DNA of 64,000 bases, taken from Paraspadella gotoi (lineage: Eukaryota > Animalia > Chaetognatha). Positions 25,101 through 40,672 of this stretch are shown piece by piece. Where the stretch lies: positions 7,522,933 through 7,586,932 of the forward strand of contig CM119266.1 of NCBI GenBank assembly GCA_051294375.1, in the 5' to 3' direction. The notes beneath the pieces were generated by a model. That model did not search any database. It was not told the DNA's origin and saw only the letters and a list, made by a program, of their open reading frames with translations. The position numbers and the translations under genes were made by a program. Positions within the stretch are counted from its first letter, which is position 1. The number at the start of each line of letters is the position of its first letter.

Positions 25101-27130
25101 TCACCCCAGGGGAAGAGGCGCCCCTCCTACAGCAACGCCCATACTGCGTCTAATGATCCGGCGGTGCGTCGCGCACCGTCGCCGTCCCATCATGTCCACG
25201 TCGACGCTCCATCGATGGCTGGCGATGACGGCCCGTCGCGTCTCTTCCCGGTCGAGACCGCGATTTCCGATCACTCATTGGAGCAATGTGGGGACGTGGT
25301 CAGTCCAATACGTTGGTCTCGTTGGGTAAAAGACGTTCGAGCTGTTGCTGGTGATGTTTGTTGTTCTTCGAAGCTGTGTCGCTGTGATTTTATTGACGAC
25401 GTTGGCTGTTCGCCTTTGTAATTTTGAGTTTGAATAGTTTGTTTTGAATTCGTTGTATGTAGATATCCTCATTAAATGTTCTACTTTTTTCCGTACGATA
25501 GTATTTGTTTGGGGTCTAACTTACTTCTTTGCTAACTTTTTTTTTTTTTGTCCCCGAGATTTATTTAAAACTTAGCGACTTTTTAAAATTTTCGTATAAC
25601 CAATAAATAAATAGTTCCTGTGCTTCGGACCCCTGCTACCGGCAGGTTTTAAGGGCTCCGTTTCCGCTGAATGCTTAGAGGGCGCCACCGGAGCTAAAGA
25701 AACCCAGAATTTTTGGGTTGGTAGCCAATTAACCCCTCCCCCACCAAACACAAAAATTGACCCCGGGGGCGGGGAACCCCCCCCAGGGCGGGGGCCCCGG
25801 TTTTTAAAAAACCTGGGTTGGTGGTTTCCCATTCTTTGGGAAAAAAAGCTTGGTTAAATTTTTTGGTAGCGGTTTTTATTATTCTTACCCTCTTTTATGG
25901 ACATATTTTCTTAAACATTAGAACACTTGTAGGTACAACATTTCATTATTCTGGGAAATTCTCTACCAATTTTTTCGAGGATCTAACATCTTCCATTTAG
26001 AGTAACTCTTCAACCTCCCCCCCCCCTGCCTTCATTCCTTCAGCAAAGTGGGCGACCGCATTCAATTCTGACGAGCGTGCCATCGCGGGACCACCGTCCA
26101 CGACATGTTCAACTGGCTTGAGCGGTCTTCCATCTTTTGCCGCTGCGAACTTGCGGATTGTATCTCTTCTTATCGCGGAGTCGATGACGAAAGGGTGGCG
26201 ACCAATGCGACCGGAGGGGCGAAGGTTAGGTTAAGGTTTAGGGTAAAGGACTTTGGGGAGCGACCGAAGGTGAGGTTCAAGGTTAATGGTAAAGGCTGAA
26301 GGGCGAAGGTAAGGTTAAGGTTAAAGGACTGGAGGGGAAGAAGGTAAGGTTAGTAATGGGACTGGGGGGCGAATTGGTAAGGTTGAAGGTTAAGTAAAGG
26401 GACGGAGGGCCGAGCGTAAGTAAGGTTAAGGTTAAGGTTAAGGATGGAGGGCGAAGTAGAGTTAAGGTTATGGTAAAGGACGGAGGGCGAAGGTAGGTTA
26501 AGGTAAATGGGACTTGAAGAGGGGTGAGAAGGTCAAGTTAAGTAATGAGACTGGCAGGGGCGAAGGTAAGCGTTTAAGGTTAAGGTAAAGGGACTGAGGG
26601 CGAAGGTAGGCTTTAGACAGGGTAGGTTGGTTAGGTAGAAATGGCCTAAATCAAACGTTTGTAAAACATACGTAATTACAAATGTTACTAAAAAATAAAG
26701 CTCCTGTTAATTACCCGGAAATTACTTTAAGATAACCTCTAATGGCGATATGAAAAATAGATGATGAGTAAGGTTCGAGATTAAAGAATAGGGTAATTAC
26801 GTAAAATTAAATTCCTGCGAATATTAATCATTTTTATACTAATCGCAGATTTTTGTTGTATTGGCGAAATCAGTTTTAAATTTTTTTCTGTTTTCACTTC
26901 CAAATCAACAGATCGAACTCCTGACAGTTTTTAACCTGATCCCACTAACTGACCTCGTGGTTCAAGTGACAGCGACGCCATCCAAAAAGCCGCAACTAAA
27001 AAGTTCATCTTTGGGACCGGAAATTTACCAAGGAACGCGTCGATGTAAGTTTGTTATTTTTACTTGTACTTGTTTGCTTTGTATATTATATATCTTGTTT
27101 TTGTATCGAAGTAGTCACTTTCATTAGTGC
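22170..27130 (+). pseudogene. Error-rich inverted copy of SLC34 exons 1-5 plus introns (reverse complement of ~17786-21990)
   Basis: Colinear inverted match with dense 1-2 nt indels in both exons and introns. The fold-back axis lies in the GA/TC tract at ~22080. This is probably a raw-read or chimera artefact. Confidence 0.75.
26205..26612 (+). repeat. ~40-bp minisatellite ggactggaggggcgaag|gtaaggttaaggttaaggtaaag (about 10 units; again at 31958-32365)
   Basis: The tandem units are directly visible. Only ~2 units occur in the primary copy at 18290-18350. Confidence 0.85.
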
Positions 27131-27173
27131 CATTCTCTTCTCTTTTTTNNNNNNNNNNNNNNNNNNNNNNNNN

Positions 27174-27414
27174 ACTACTGAATTCTTTTGAATCTTATAG
27201 TCATAATAAATCACGAACTTTTTAGTAGAGTGCATATTTAATTCATATTTTAAAAAAACTCTTTAAAACATTTTTTGATAAGATAATTTTGTTGATTAAT
27301 AATCAATGATTACGCCTGATTTTTTTCCCCTTTTGACGTCAGAATAAAAAACTTTGATCCAAAGCAAAATTTCGAGTTGCAATCTCCAGGTAAGTGCAGA
27401 GAAGGGAGAGAGAA

Positions 27415-27445
<31 letters not shown>

Positions 27446-27464
27446 CTACTAATGTCTCTCTCAT

Positions 27465-27502
<38 letters not shown>

Positions 27503-27766
27503 CGTCTTTTCTCTTCTCCTTCTCGTGGCACTTACCTTGCGAGATTGCAACTCGAATTTTGCTTTGGACGCAAAGTTTTTTTTATTCTGACGTCAAAGGG
27601 GAAGAAAAAATCAGGCCGTAATCATTGGATTAATTATCAACAAAATTATCTTTATCAAAAAATGTTTTAAAAGAGTTTTTTTATAACATACTGAATTAAA
27701 TATGCACCCTAAACTAAAAAGTTCGTGATATATATATGCACTATAAGAATTCAAAAGAATACAGTA
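27174..27766. repeat. ~250-bp-arm inverted repeat centred on a (GA)n/(TC)n tract
   Basis: 27174-27420 is the reverse complement of ~27520-27766 (e.g. gaattcttttgaatcttatag vs ctataagaattcaaaagaat). Confidence 0.8.
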
Positions 27767-27889
27767 TATAAATTGCGTTCTGTTCTTCTCTTTTCCAATC
27801 TTTTGTTACACTACTCTCTCTCTCTTCTTCTCTCTCTCTCTCTCTCTCCTCTCTCATCTCTACTCTCTCTCATCTCTCTCTCTCTCTCC

Positions 27890-30800
27890 CTCTCTCTCTC
27901 GCACTCTCTTTATGCACTATATAAAAACTTAAACTTAAAACTTTAATCAAGCCAAGACCTCACTAGGTTTGGCACGAAGTATTTTTCGATGAACAACAAA
28001 CGAAAAAATATTTTCAAGGGACAATATTTCTTCTCAGCGAAAAGAAAATAACAATTTTGGCTGCAAGAACAGATAACAAACACAAATTGGAACGAAAAGT
28101 TAACAACAGCAGCTCCTTCTTCAATAAAAAGCATAAAAAAGTCTCCCTCCAAAATATAGTTGCAGCTGTGCAAACAACATCAAACAAACACAAGCGGCAA
28201 AGGAACAATACTGCCAACACGAAACACTACCGCCAGCACAGAATTGGACAACGCATCTTTCACTACCAGACGCTGAAACCGTGGGAGCAGCCCGCGGCGC
28301 GGTGGGCAGCAGCGTCGACGACTTGTGTCCCGCTGGAGAGAAATCAGAGTCACGACGCGAACAGATACAAATGCGAAGACGAATGAAGGGGAAAGCAGGG
28401 AAATGGCGTAAAAGAATTTGGGTGGCCTGTAACGGAATCTCGGAAGTGGCGTAAAGAATGGGGTCGTGCGTATAAGGTCAAGGCCCTGTGAGACGACGTC
28501 GACCCGTCAGAATCCGCAAAAGTCGGACAAGTTCAACTTCGCCGTCGAGGCAGGAAGATTCCCTCGGCGGCGCCACTGGATGAGCCGCCCCCGATAAATA
28601 CGGGCGCCAAGGATTCGTCCAAAACGTCGACGCGCACAGGACGAGTGAAAAGATCCAAGAGCGTTGCGGTAGTGGCCGCCGCCCGCCACCGCCCGTCGCC
28701 CGCCAGCCCATCGGCGCCAAATCGAAAAGTTCAGCGTTCTTGCCGGACTTGCCCGACCGTTTAGACCTAACGGCCACTGGAGAGGTTAAATATCACGAAG
28801 ATTAAGGTACTGGTCCAGTTACTAGATAATCAAGTATAATATAATCATACTTAATAATAATAATAATTAGAATACACTATTTATTTTAATAATAATTATA
28901 TTATAGTAAATTTGTAGATGGGAGGAAAACTCTTCTTTCTCTTCTCTTGCTTTTTCTTAATTCCTTGAAAATTTTTCCTTTTTTTTGCCAAACGAGCCTC
29001 ATTTCACTCTCTCTCTCTCATCTTCTCTCTCTCTCTCTCGTCTCTCTGCACTCTCTTCTCCTTCCATCACTATCAACACCGATCTCTCGCCGCATGTCCC
29101 CGCCTTCTTGGACATCCATATCTTTGCATATTCTGGCTTGTTTCTCTAATTCCTTGAAACTATTGGGATTTTTCACCAAAAGCCTATTTCTCTTCTCTCT
29201 CTCTCTCTCTCTCTCCTTCCATCACAATCCAACGCCATCTCTCGCCATTCCTGGTTCTTTTGAACATCCAATCTTTCAGTTTCCTGGGCTTTTCTTTTCA
29301 TGACCCAATCAGAAGACGAGATTAGCATCGGTCAACCGTGGTCTTCAATCTTCAAACTTCCCTTTCTCTTTTCGGACATCGTACCTCTCATCTCGCTCCT
29401 CTTCTCTCTCTCTCTCTCAGTGCTCTCCTTTAGTTCCCTAAGTGTTCGTGATTTAATTATCACATCACCTCTTGTCCTCTCGTTATCATTATATAAAGAG
29501 AATTTAAGACTAAAATTAACTTTCTTAAAAAAACGTCGTTTACAGCCAAGACATAACGGCGCTACCGTTTTCTTTTAACGCCTTGCTTAACGTTTTCACG
29601 GTTTATTCCACCACGCACACCATTAACATTTTCACCACACGCCACCATAACTATACTCATTTCACCACTGCCACTGAAGATATGCGAATAGAATTCAAGA
29701 AAACTAAGATTACAGCAAAAAACGGGGAAACAAAGTAAAAAGCCTAACTCGCGGCATCGATCTCATGAGCTAGGCACGATTCACCGGAAGACGGATCACT
29801 CAATGATCGATTCGATCCCTTCCGATCTGGGACCTTCGGAGGCTCAGGCCTCCACAACCCGGAGTCCAGAGGTACCTTACCCTTCAACCGCCACCTCACT
29901 CTCCAGCTGTAACGACGAGGGAAAGTATCGTCGTATCCGAAGAAGGAGGTACTCGGATCCAATTTTCTTTGATCCATTATCCATTCCTGATTTCGTCGGC
30001 TAATCCAAAGAACCTCACTCCCGATGTGTGGATCTGCTCGTTGTTTTTTTGTGTTTTATTTTGTGTGTGATCCCCGTCAGCTTGCTTTTCTAGAAGAGTT
30101 CATTCTACTAAAGCTTGCTTTTTTTAACTGTTGTCTCTTGGTTGCTTTTTCTTACTTACTCCCTCATCGATATAATGGCTTTATATGCCCGATAAACAAT
30201 CGTAAGAGGCAAGCTTCGTCGTTAAAACTTGAAATTTACATTTACTCAATATTGAAACGTTATTTAAAATGGGGAAAAAAAAATTAACCGCGCTTTTTTA
30301 GGTCAGGCGCGTTCTTTAAAGGGGAGTCGCTACGGTTCCATGGGTTTCATACGCTTGTCTCTAACTTTCTTCTTTGCTCCTTGGACTGTGATTGAGCTCC
30401 GGATTCAAATTGGTTGGAGAGGCCGAAGCCACTGGTATGCTTGGTTAAGGTAAGAGAGGAGATTAGAAGATAAGCGATTATTGATAAGTCAGTTTAATGG
30501 ACTAAATGGTTTATTAAAAACAAAGTTGAAGTAAATCTGTAAATTTTTCCTAGTTACGTACACTAAAGAGTCAAATTTCTGAATTTAATTCCCTTTAACA
30601 ACTAAATAAAATAATATTGAGATTTAAACATTTTGCCCCCCCCCTCAAAATATCCTCTTAATATCTTTTATAGTCTTTCGTTATAATTTCCATCTCGCAA
30701 TCTCATTTATGTATAAATACTAAAGACAATTAATGGATGTCTCCATCATCTTCGATCATCATCTACCCTCATAATCCACGCACCCCAATCCCTTCACCCC

Positions 30801-32901
30801 TATCACCCCTCACCCACCCCGACTAACTTCGCCCCTATCACCCCAGGGACAGGAGGCGACCCCTGCCTACAGCAACCCCATCTTGCGTCTACACTGATCC
30901 GGTCGGTCGCCGGTCGCGCACCGTCGCCGTCCCAATCATGTCCACGTCGACGTCCATCGTATGGCATGGCGATGACGGACCGGTCGGTCTCATTCCAGGT
31001 CGAGACGCGATTTCCGATCATCATGGATGCAGAATGTGGGGACGTCGGTCTCCAATACGTTGGTCTCGTTGGGTAAATAGACGTTCGAGCTGTTGCTGCG
31101 TTGATCGTTTGTTGTTCTTCGAAGCTGTGTCCGCTGCTGATTTTATTGACGACGTTGGCTGTTCGCCTTTGTAATTTTGAGTTTGAATAGTTTGTTTTGA
31201 ATTCGTTGTATGTAGATATCCTCATTAAATGTTCTACTTTTTTCCGTACGATAGTATTTGTTTGGGGTCTAACTTACTTCTTTGCTAACTTTTTTTTTTT
31301 TTGTCCCCGAGATTTATTTAAAACTTAGCGACTTTTTAAAATTTTCGTATAACCAATAAATAAATAGTTCCTGTGCTTCGGACCCCTGCTACCGGCAGGT
31401 TTTAAGGGCTCCGTTTCCGCTGAATGCTTAGAGGGCGCCACCGGAGCTAAAGAAACCCAGAATTTTTGGGTTGGTAGCCAATTAACCCCTCCCCCACCAA
31501 ACACAAAAATTGACCCCGGGGGCGGGGAACCCCCCCCAGGGCGGGGGCCCCGGTTTTTAAAAAACCTGGGTTGGTGGTTTCCCATTCTTTGGGAAAAAAA
31601 GCTTGGTTAAATTTTTTGGTAGCGGTTTTTATTATTCTTACCCTCTTTTATGGACATATTTTCTTAAACATTAGAACACTTGTAGGTACAACATTTCATT
31701 ATTCTGGGAAATTCTCTACCAATTTTTTCGAGGATCTAACATCTTCCATTTAGAGTAACTCTTCAACCTCCCCCCCCCCTGCCTTCATTCCTTCAGCAAA
31801 GTGGGCGACCGCATTCAATTCTGACGAGCGTGCCATCGCGGGACCACCGTCCACGACATGTTCAACTGGCTTGAGCGGTCTTCCATCTTTTGCCGCTGCG
31901 AACTTGCGGATTGTATCTCTTCTTATCGCGGAGTCGATGACGAAAGGGTGGCGACCAATGCGACCGGAGGGGCGAAGGTTAGGTTAAGGTTTAGGGTAAA
32001 GGACTTTGGGGAGCGACCGAAGGTGAGGTTCAAGGTTAATGGTAAAGGCTGAAGGGCGAAGGTAAGGTTAAGGTTAAAGGACTGGAGGGGAAGAAGGTAA
32101 GGTTAGTAATGGGACTGGGGGGCGAATTGGTAAGGTTGAAGGTTAAGTAAAGGGACGGAGGGCCGAGCGTAAGTAAGGTTAAGGTTAAGGTTAAGGATGG
32201 AGGGCGAAGTAGAGTTAAGGTTATGGTAAAGGACGGAGGGCGAAGGTAGGTTAAGGTAAATGGGACTTGAAGAGGGGTGAGAAGGTCAAGTTAAGTAATG
32301 AGACTGGCAGGGGCGAAGGTAAGCGTTTAAGGTTAAGGTAAAGGGACTGAGGGCGAAGGTAGGCTTTAGACAGGGTAGGTTGGTTAGGTAGAAATGGCCT
32401 AAATCAAACGTTTGTAAAACATACGTAATTACAAATGTTACTAAAAAATAAAGCTCCTGTTAATTACCCGGAAATTACTTTAAGATAACCTCTAATGGCG
32501 ATATGAAAAATAGATGATGAGTAAGGTTCGAGATTAAAGAATAGGGTAATTACGTAAAATTAAATTCCTGCGAATATTAATCATTTTTATACTAATCGCA
32601 GATTTTTGTTGTATTGGCGAAATCAGTTTTAAATTTTTTTCTGTTTTCACTTCCAAATCAACAGATCGAACTCCTGACAGTTTTTAACCTGATCCCACTA
32701 ACTGACCTCGTGGTTCAAGTGACAGCGACGCCATCCAAAAAGCCGCAACTAAAAAGTTCATCTTTGGGACCGGAAATTTACCAAGGAACGCGTCGATGTA
32801 AGTTTGTTATTTTTACTTGTACTTGTTTGCTTTGTATATTATATATCTTGTTTTTGTATCGAAGTAGTCACTTTCATTAGTGCCATTCTCTTCTCTTTTT
32901 T
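27890..32901 (+). pseudogene. Second error-rich inverted copy of SLC34 exons 1-5
   Basis: Tandem repeat of 22170-27148. The segment 31143-32901 appears identical to 25390-27148 (offset 5753), errors included, which indicates a duplicated read or contig. Confidence 0.75.
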
Positions 32902-34711
32902 NNNNNNNNNNNNNNNNNNNNNNNNNAATTCGAAGCTTAACTTCTGATGAAAGCGAAAGTTTTAAAACAAAGATTAAAAACGAATGAGATTTCTTGACAA
33001 ACAATATCTACTAGGTATTTTCAATAGCTAGTATTTTGTTTCAGACATTAACAAAAAGTCAAGTCTCACTTTTAGACTTCGCTCTAACCCAAATAGCTAA
33101 AAGAATAGCTGAAAATCTAATTTTCAAATATAAAACAATATTTCGTGGTTTGTTCATTATTCCAACTGATTCTCGTTTTAATCTAACCACAACTCAAGGG
33201 CAAAGTGAGTGTGAGAGAAGTGATGAGGAAGGAGAGATGAGAGAGACGAGAGGAGATATGATGAGGAAGAGAGAGATGAGGTACGAGTATGAGAAGAGGA
33301 TGAGAGGATCTGAGACGTCGATTCTCCCTTCGCCGAGCCATTTGATTTTTTCGGCAAGATCGCTGAGAGAGAGAGAGAGAGAGAGAGAGAACGCATAATG
33401 TTTTTATTATTCCCCGGATCGAATTTGACAAATTTAAGTTTAAAGAGTCTCATTATTTATTTATTGATTACTTTTAGAAGGAGACGCAGCTAAAAATTTA
33501 GATTTAAAAAATAAAGAGAAAATCGATAAGCTATGTTTTAATATTCACACCCCTTCATATATGTCAGCTAAATACACTTATCAACTATCTTTAACTAGTT
33601 TTATACCTTACTATTTTACTGTCTAATCATTTATAAACAAATAAAAAACCATTGAAATTATATTTAGATATGATTTATTGTACTGAGAAAAGATAAGTGG
33701 ATTGACATACCTACTAAACCAACGATGCGTTTAGTAGTAAGCCCTTAGCCTTTTTTACACAAAACATTTCATAATTATATCGTACTTGACCATTTTAGAT
33801 GATGAAAAATAATTTCAATAACGTTTATAATGGAGATTAATCTAATACGAATCAAAAACAATAAAAATGAAAGCGAAAATGAAATTATTTTAAATTTTGT
33901 AAAAAGTATTATTTTACAAATTCACGAAAGTAAAAGAATCTTCATTGCTGATTATTGATTATTAATAAACATTGTTCTATTCGGTGAAAATCTCACAATT
34001 GATTGCTAAACAATCATTTTCAATATATACTTTAAGAAAATATAAAAGGGCTATCAAACTCTACTTTTTAAACTGTCAGAAAATTTAATATATCAAAGTT
34101 TGGGCAACAAGCTAAACTAAAACATGTATAAATTACAAATTCGCGCACGTAAATCATATAAGTAAAATCCCAAAAAAAACCTATAAAAACTTAGTAAAAA
34201 CCCTGCTGCATTGAATAATACTGTAACAAAAAATGTTGATACTATGTAACTTTGTCAAACGGGATATTCACTGCTCAATATTTCACAATAAAAAAAAGAT
34301 ATAAACTCTGCGATTGTCTATTTCAATCATAATTTTTTGAAAGTATCCGGGTTTCGTTTTTACAGTGTAAACTTGAAAACATTACGAGTTTATCACAAGT
34401 TAGTTTGTCTTTTTCTTTACATAAATATACAGAACTTTACATTTAGAAATCTCCAAAAAAAATTTAGAATTTAGTGATTGAGCCCGGACACTTAAACTGG
34501 GGAGGTCGGATCGGCATAATTCACAAAAATCACACGAACACTCAAAAACTTAAAACGGGAAGTAAGTTTTCTCTTTCATATTTTTCTTTGATCTTTTTTT
34601 TTAATCTGGGAAGAAAAAGGTGAGGAAGAAATGACCAACTTAAAATTACTATGAACATAAAAGAAAACTTCATGGGGTCTGAATTCTATAAAGAGTGAGA
34701 GAGAGAGAGAC

Positions 34712-34776
<65 letters not shown>

Positions 34777-36139
34777 CCAAAAAGAAATAAGAATAAAACC
34801 CAAATTTATTGTGTGCAGAGATGATAAAGCAATAATTACTGTACTATCGATTGTCCTTTTGTTTTGTCAATGGAAATCCGAGTTTCAGCTCACAGCGACT
34901 TACAGCATCTTTTAGTGACCTACTGCATTTTACGGCATCCTCTAACGACTCACAGTAATTAACTCCGCCATCGCGAGAACCATTTAAATATATAATTGTA
35001 TAATCAAAGATTGTATTGTTTTAATTTTTTTTTTTAAGTTGAAAGCCTCCGGCCATTGGCCTTCGAACCACCAAGAATACCGCCTCCCTGATCCACGATG
35101 CATCATAGTTATTTTTTCATGAGCGATGTAACTCTGTATATATATAAATAGGAAAAGTTTTAAAATAAAATAAAATATATATAAAATCGATGTAAATTAA
35201 CGGTAGATAATCAAACTAGGTCATCAAAAAAAAAGAATCCAAAATTCGAAGCCTGAAAACTTTTTTTCTTTTCTTTTTTCTTTTCTTGTAATTGTTTTTG
35301 TTGTTGTTATTCTGTACAGCGCCTTCTTTCGTCTGAAAGACTCGATGTTTATGGATTCATTCCGACAGAGGGCAGATGGAGATTAACTCCTTCTGTTCAT
35401 TTGTTTTTCTTTTATTTGGATCACTTAACAGTCGACGTGTTTAACGCCAGAGGGGGGGACAGGGAAATATGGGAAGAAGGGAGAGCGAGAGAGAGAAGAA
35501 ATATTTTGAGGAACTGAAAACAAAAGACGACAGCGAATCACGATAGGTAAGAGTATTTTTGTTGTTGTTGTTGTTTGTTGTTCCATTCGTAAATATGAGG
35601 TTTTTTATTTTCTAAAAAAAACTACGAGCGGCGAATTTCGAATTTCACTACGAAAAAGAAGCCACTTTTGAGGTCGCGTGTGTGAAAGAAATAAAGTCAA
35701 GGGGTTTTTATTGGTGGAAAGATTGTGAGTTGTCGAGGGAGGGGTTTGAGTGTGATTGCCCTGTGATATGATAAAAAGGGTTTGTGATAGAATGATGGGG
35801 TTGAGGATAATCCTGTTTAAATATAAAAATAGTTTTCTCTCTATGAATTTTTTTCTTTTTGGTTCGTAGTTCTTTCAATTTTTTTTAAATACTTTCAGTT
35901 TTTCGAGCTTCGAATTTTTGAAATTTCTTTTTTTTCTCTTCATAAATCCGAGGGAAAAAATATATTGAAGAGGTGGGACATTATTCACAACCGTAATTGG
36001 GATTTTTATCAACGTATCACTGTATCAATGTATCAACATCGCAGGAAACTAAACGTAAAAATCCAGTTTATGAATTTTATTTGTATCATGTTGGCTCGAT
36101 CTTTGTTAACGCGGGGTCTCGATCGGCCGACCTTCTGGA

Positions 36140-37843
<1,704 letters not shown>

Positions 37844-38844
37844 CTGGAAACGCGCGGGAAAAAACATAAGGGAAATGGGAAGACAAATGAACAATGGAAT
37901 GAAATTCGGTTTTTTTTAGAAGAAATGAAGCTATTTATGAAAATTTTATTAGGTTAAGTAGAGAGGTTCACCTAAAAAAACAGATTTTGTTTGTTATTAC
38001 TTATTAGGTGTAATTCCTGTTTACTTAATTTAATAATAACTACTTAATAATTCATCCAATACAAAGCAAAAACTGTATCAGTATATTACTTACTATGTTA
38101 ATTACTACTTCATTTCAGATTTAAAGAAATTTGTTTTCAAAACCTTTAAATTATGAGTTTTTTAAATCCGGAGAACACAAGACTGAACAAATGAGCACAC
38201 GCACTAGCGGAAAAGTAAAAAAGTCAAGACGCTGAGCGGAAGCACAACAAATGAACATCGGGTAAAATTTCGAATATAAATACTAATATAAATAAACAAA
38301 GAAACTATCACGTAGGTTAGAGATTTTTCCCTTCCGAAGCTAAAACGTTGAAACGACGAAAGAATTAAGTGCATGCAGGACGGATTGTCTGTATTAACTG
38401 TCGTATATTCTTATTTTTAAAGTTGTAAAGGTTGTATAATATTATTTACGTAAATTTTATATCCATAGTTTTTACCTATTTACAAATTTCTAAAAATAGG
38501 GAATGTTAAATATTTTACAAACGAATTAAGTATGGATTTTGTAATGTTCTACTTTCTAACAACGTTGTTACTGACTTTAACGAATAATGTATTCGAAATA
38601 TTGACGGAAATTAATTGATAGCTATAATCATACAGGGTGGTTAAAAGCGTCTTTTTCCAATTTCTGGCGAATTACAGTGTAGTATTTTTTTAAATCTGGG
38701 CCAGACCGCTTTTAAACAGCATGTATCTTTTGATAGGCAGATAGAGGGAAAGAAATATAGATGAATAGAATGATAGACCTATACAGATAAAGGAATGGAG
38801 GAATATAAAACAGAGTAATGAAGGGAAAGAGAAACAGATATAGA

Positions 38845-38851
38845 GAGATAC

Positions 38852-38919
<68 letters not shown>

Positions 38920-38960
38920 TTAGATATACAGATAGATAGATAGATAGATTAGATAAATAC
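38845..38960. repeat. (GATA)n microsatellite
   Basis: Directly visible. Confidence 0.95.
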
Positions 38961-39274
38961 AAATACAGATACAGATAATTATATGCTTGTGAATAGATAT
39001 GTCGTTAGATACTTAGATACAAAGATATATTGATAAATAGATACAAATTAATGATATCCATAATTATATTAATAATAAAAATTGTAATAAAATTAATATT
39101 ACTAATAATTAATAATAAAAATATTAATTAATAATTGCAATACTAGATACAAGTTTGAATACAAAGATAGGAAGGGAAAGTAGATGAGTTGAGGACTATA
39201 ATCTCTAATAGAAATAGATAGGTAAAAGGAGAGAAGAGACACGTATTAGCGGGTGGAAGGGGAACTTCTCTAAC

Positions 39275-39475
39275 CTGTGACGGCGTTGAAAACACTCGCG
39301 TCCTCAAGAGAGGAAGAGGAGGAGGAAGAGGAGAAGGAGGAGTCACGCCCGAGAAGGGAAGGGCGTTCTGGGTTGAGGAGTGGGGCGGTGGGGAGCGGGG
39401 TGGGGCAGGCAAACGTGGTCGATGTGGTCGTCGTCGTGGTCGGGGAAGTCGTTAGCGCATTTCCGAGAAATGATG

Positions 39476-39508
<33 letters not shown>

Positions 39509-39899
39509 AAGGAGGAGGAGGCCGGGTCGAATGGAGGGAGAAAGCGAGGAGAGGAGAGAGCAGAGAGAGGAGGAAAGGAAGAAGGAAAAGAGAGAGACCC
39601 GGGGAGGAAGAAAAAGAGGAAGAAGAGGAGGAAAGGAATAACGACGAGGAGGTTCGAGGAGGAAGGAGAGACGGAGGAAGAGGAGGAGGAAGTGACGGAG
39701 GAAGCGGCGGAAGATTCGTCGTCGTCGTCGTCGTCATCGTTCAGTGATTGAACGGTCCCGTCATCAATTGTCGATGTCGAGGAAGATGAGGAGGAGGGGT
39801 AGGAGGAAGAGGAAGAGGAAGAGGGGGAGGAGGAGCGGTTTTGAGGATCGCAATTGGTTGGAAATTCGCGCGTAGATTTGATTTGGTCGCGACGCGCGT
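39275..39899 (-). CDS. Putative low-complexity Ser/Asp/Pro/Thr-rich internal exon of the C1q gene
   Basis: A GC-rich block with a phase-1 acceptor (GCAG|AC at 39899) and a phase-1 donor (ACAG|GTTAG at 39275) that match the neighbouring exons. The 625-nt length requires at least one indel. Confidence 0.55.
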
Positions 39900-39974
39900 C
39901 TGCGGCGGCGGAGGAGACAAAGTCACCACAAAAAAAAACGCTCATTATGTCGCGTACGAAAACAAAATAGCAAG

Positions 39975-40672
39975 AAGCTGTTTTTGATTAAATGGACAAG
40001 TAAGCTTAAAGTTTATGGTTAAATGGATAGCGTAAGCGAAAAGCAATTAATTAAGTGGACAAAAGTAAGCGGGAAGCATTTAATTAAGTGGACAAAGTAA
40101 GAAGAGAGAGATTTCAATCTAATTGATGTTTAAATTAAGCGCAACTCCCAGCTTACTGTGCCCATTTAATCTAAAACTTCCCCGCTACTTCGTCTTTAAT
40201 CTAAGCTTTCGGACTACTTGAGTCCATGTTGAACGAAAGCTTCCCGCTTACTTTGTCCAATCAATCAAAAATCTTCCCCTTACTTTGTCCATTTAATCAA
40301 AAATACTTCTCGCTTACTTTGTTCACATCAATCAAAAATCGTCCCACTTACTTTTTCCAATCAATCAAAGAGATTCCCGCTTACTTTGTCCATCAATCAA
40401 AAGCTTCTCATTTACTATGTCCATCTCTAACATCAAGAAGCTTTCATCGCTCGACTTGTCCAGATAAAGTCAAAAGCTTCCCCTTATCTTGTCGCATTTA
40501 AAAATATAACTTTCCGCATCTCTTATGTCAAATCTAACCAACAAAGCTTCCCGCTTACCTTTGTCCATTTTAACATACTAACGTAAAGCTTTACTGCGTT
40601 TTATTAATCAACAAGAACTTCCCGCTTCCTTTCTGTAACGGCAGCTAATTAACACATGCTCCCGCTTACTCA
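39975..40672. repeat. ~33-35-bp minisatellite (aagcttcccgcttactttgtccatttaatcaa) with an orientation switch at ~40120
   Basis: Units read ggacaaagtaagcgggaagc before ~40110 and its reverse complement after ~40140. Confidence 0.85.

Noticed and set aside
26205-26612. Interstitial telomeric repeat (TTAAGG/TTAGG-like)
   Set aside because: The hexamers are part of a 40-bp unit derived from an exon-intron junction.
22170-32901. SLC34 gene-family expansion (three paralogs)
   Set aside because: The copies are truncated, carry uniform indel noise in exons and introns, and are partly identical to each other; artefact is the better explanation.
32940-32970. CTGATGA-AAGC-GAAA minimal hammerhead-like motif
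   Set aside because: Stem II cannot form, and there is no stem I partner after a UH cleavage site.
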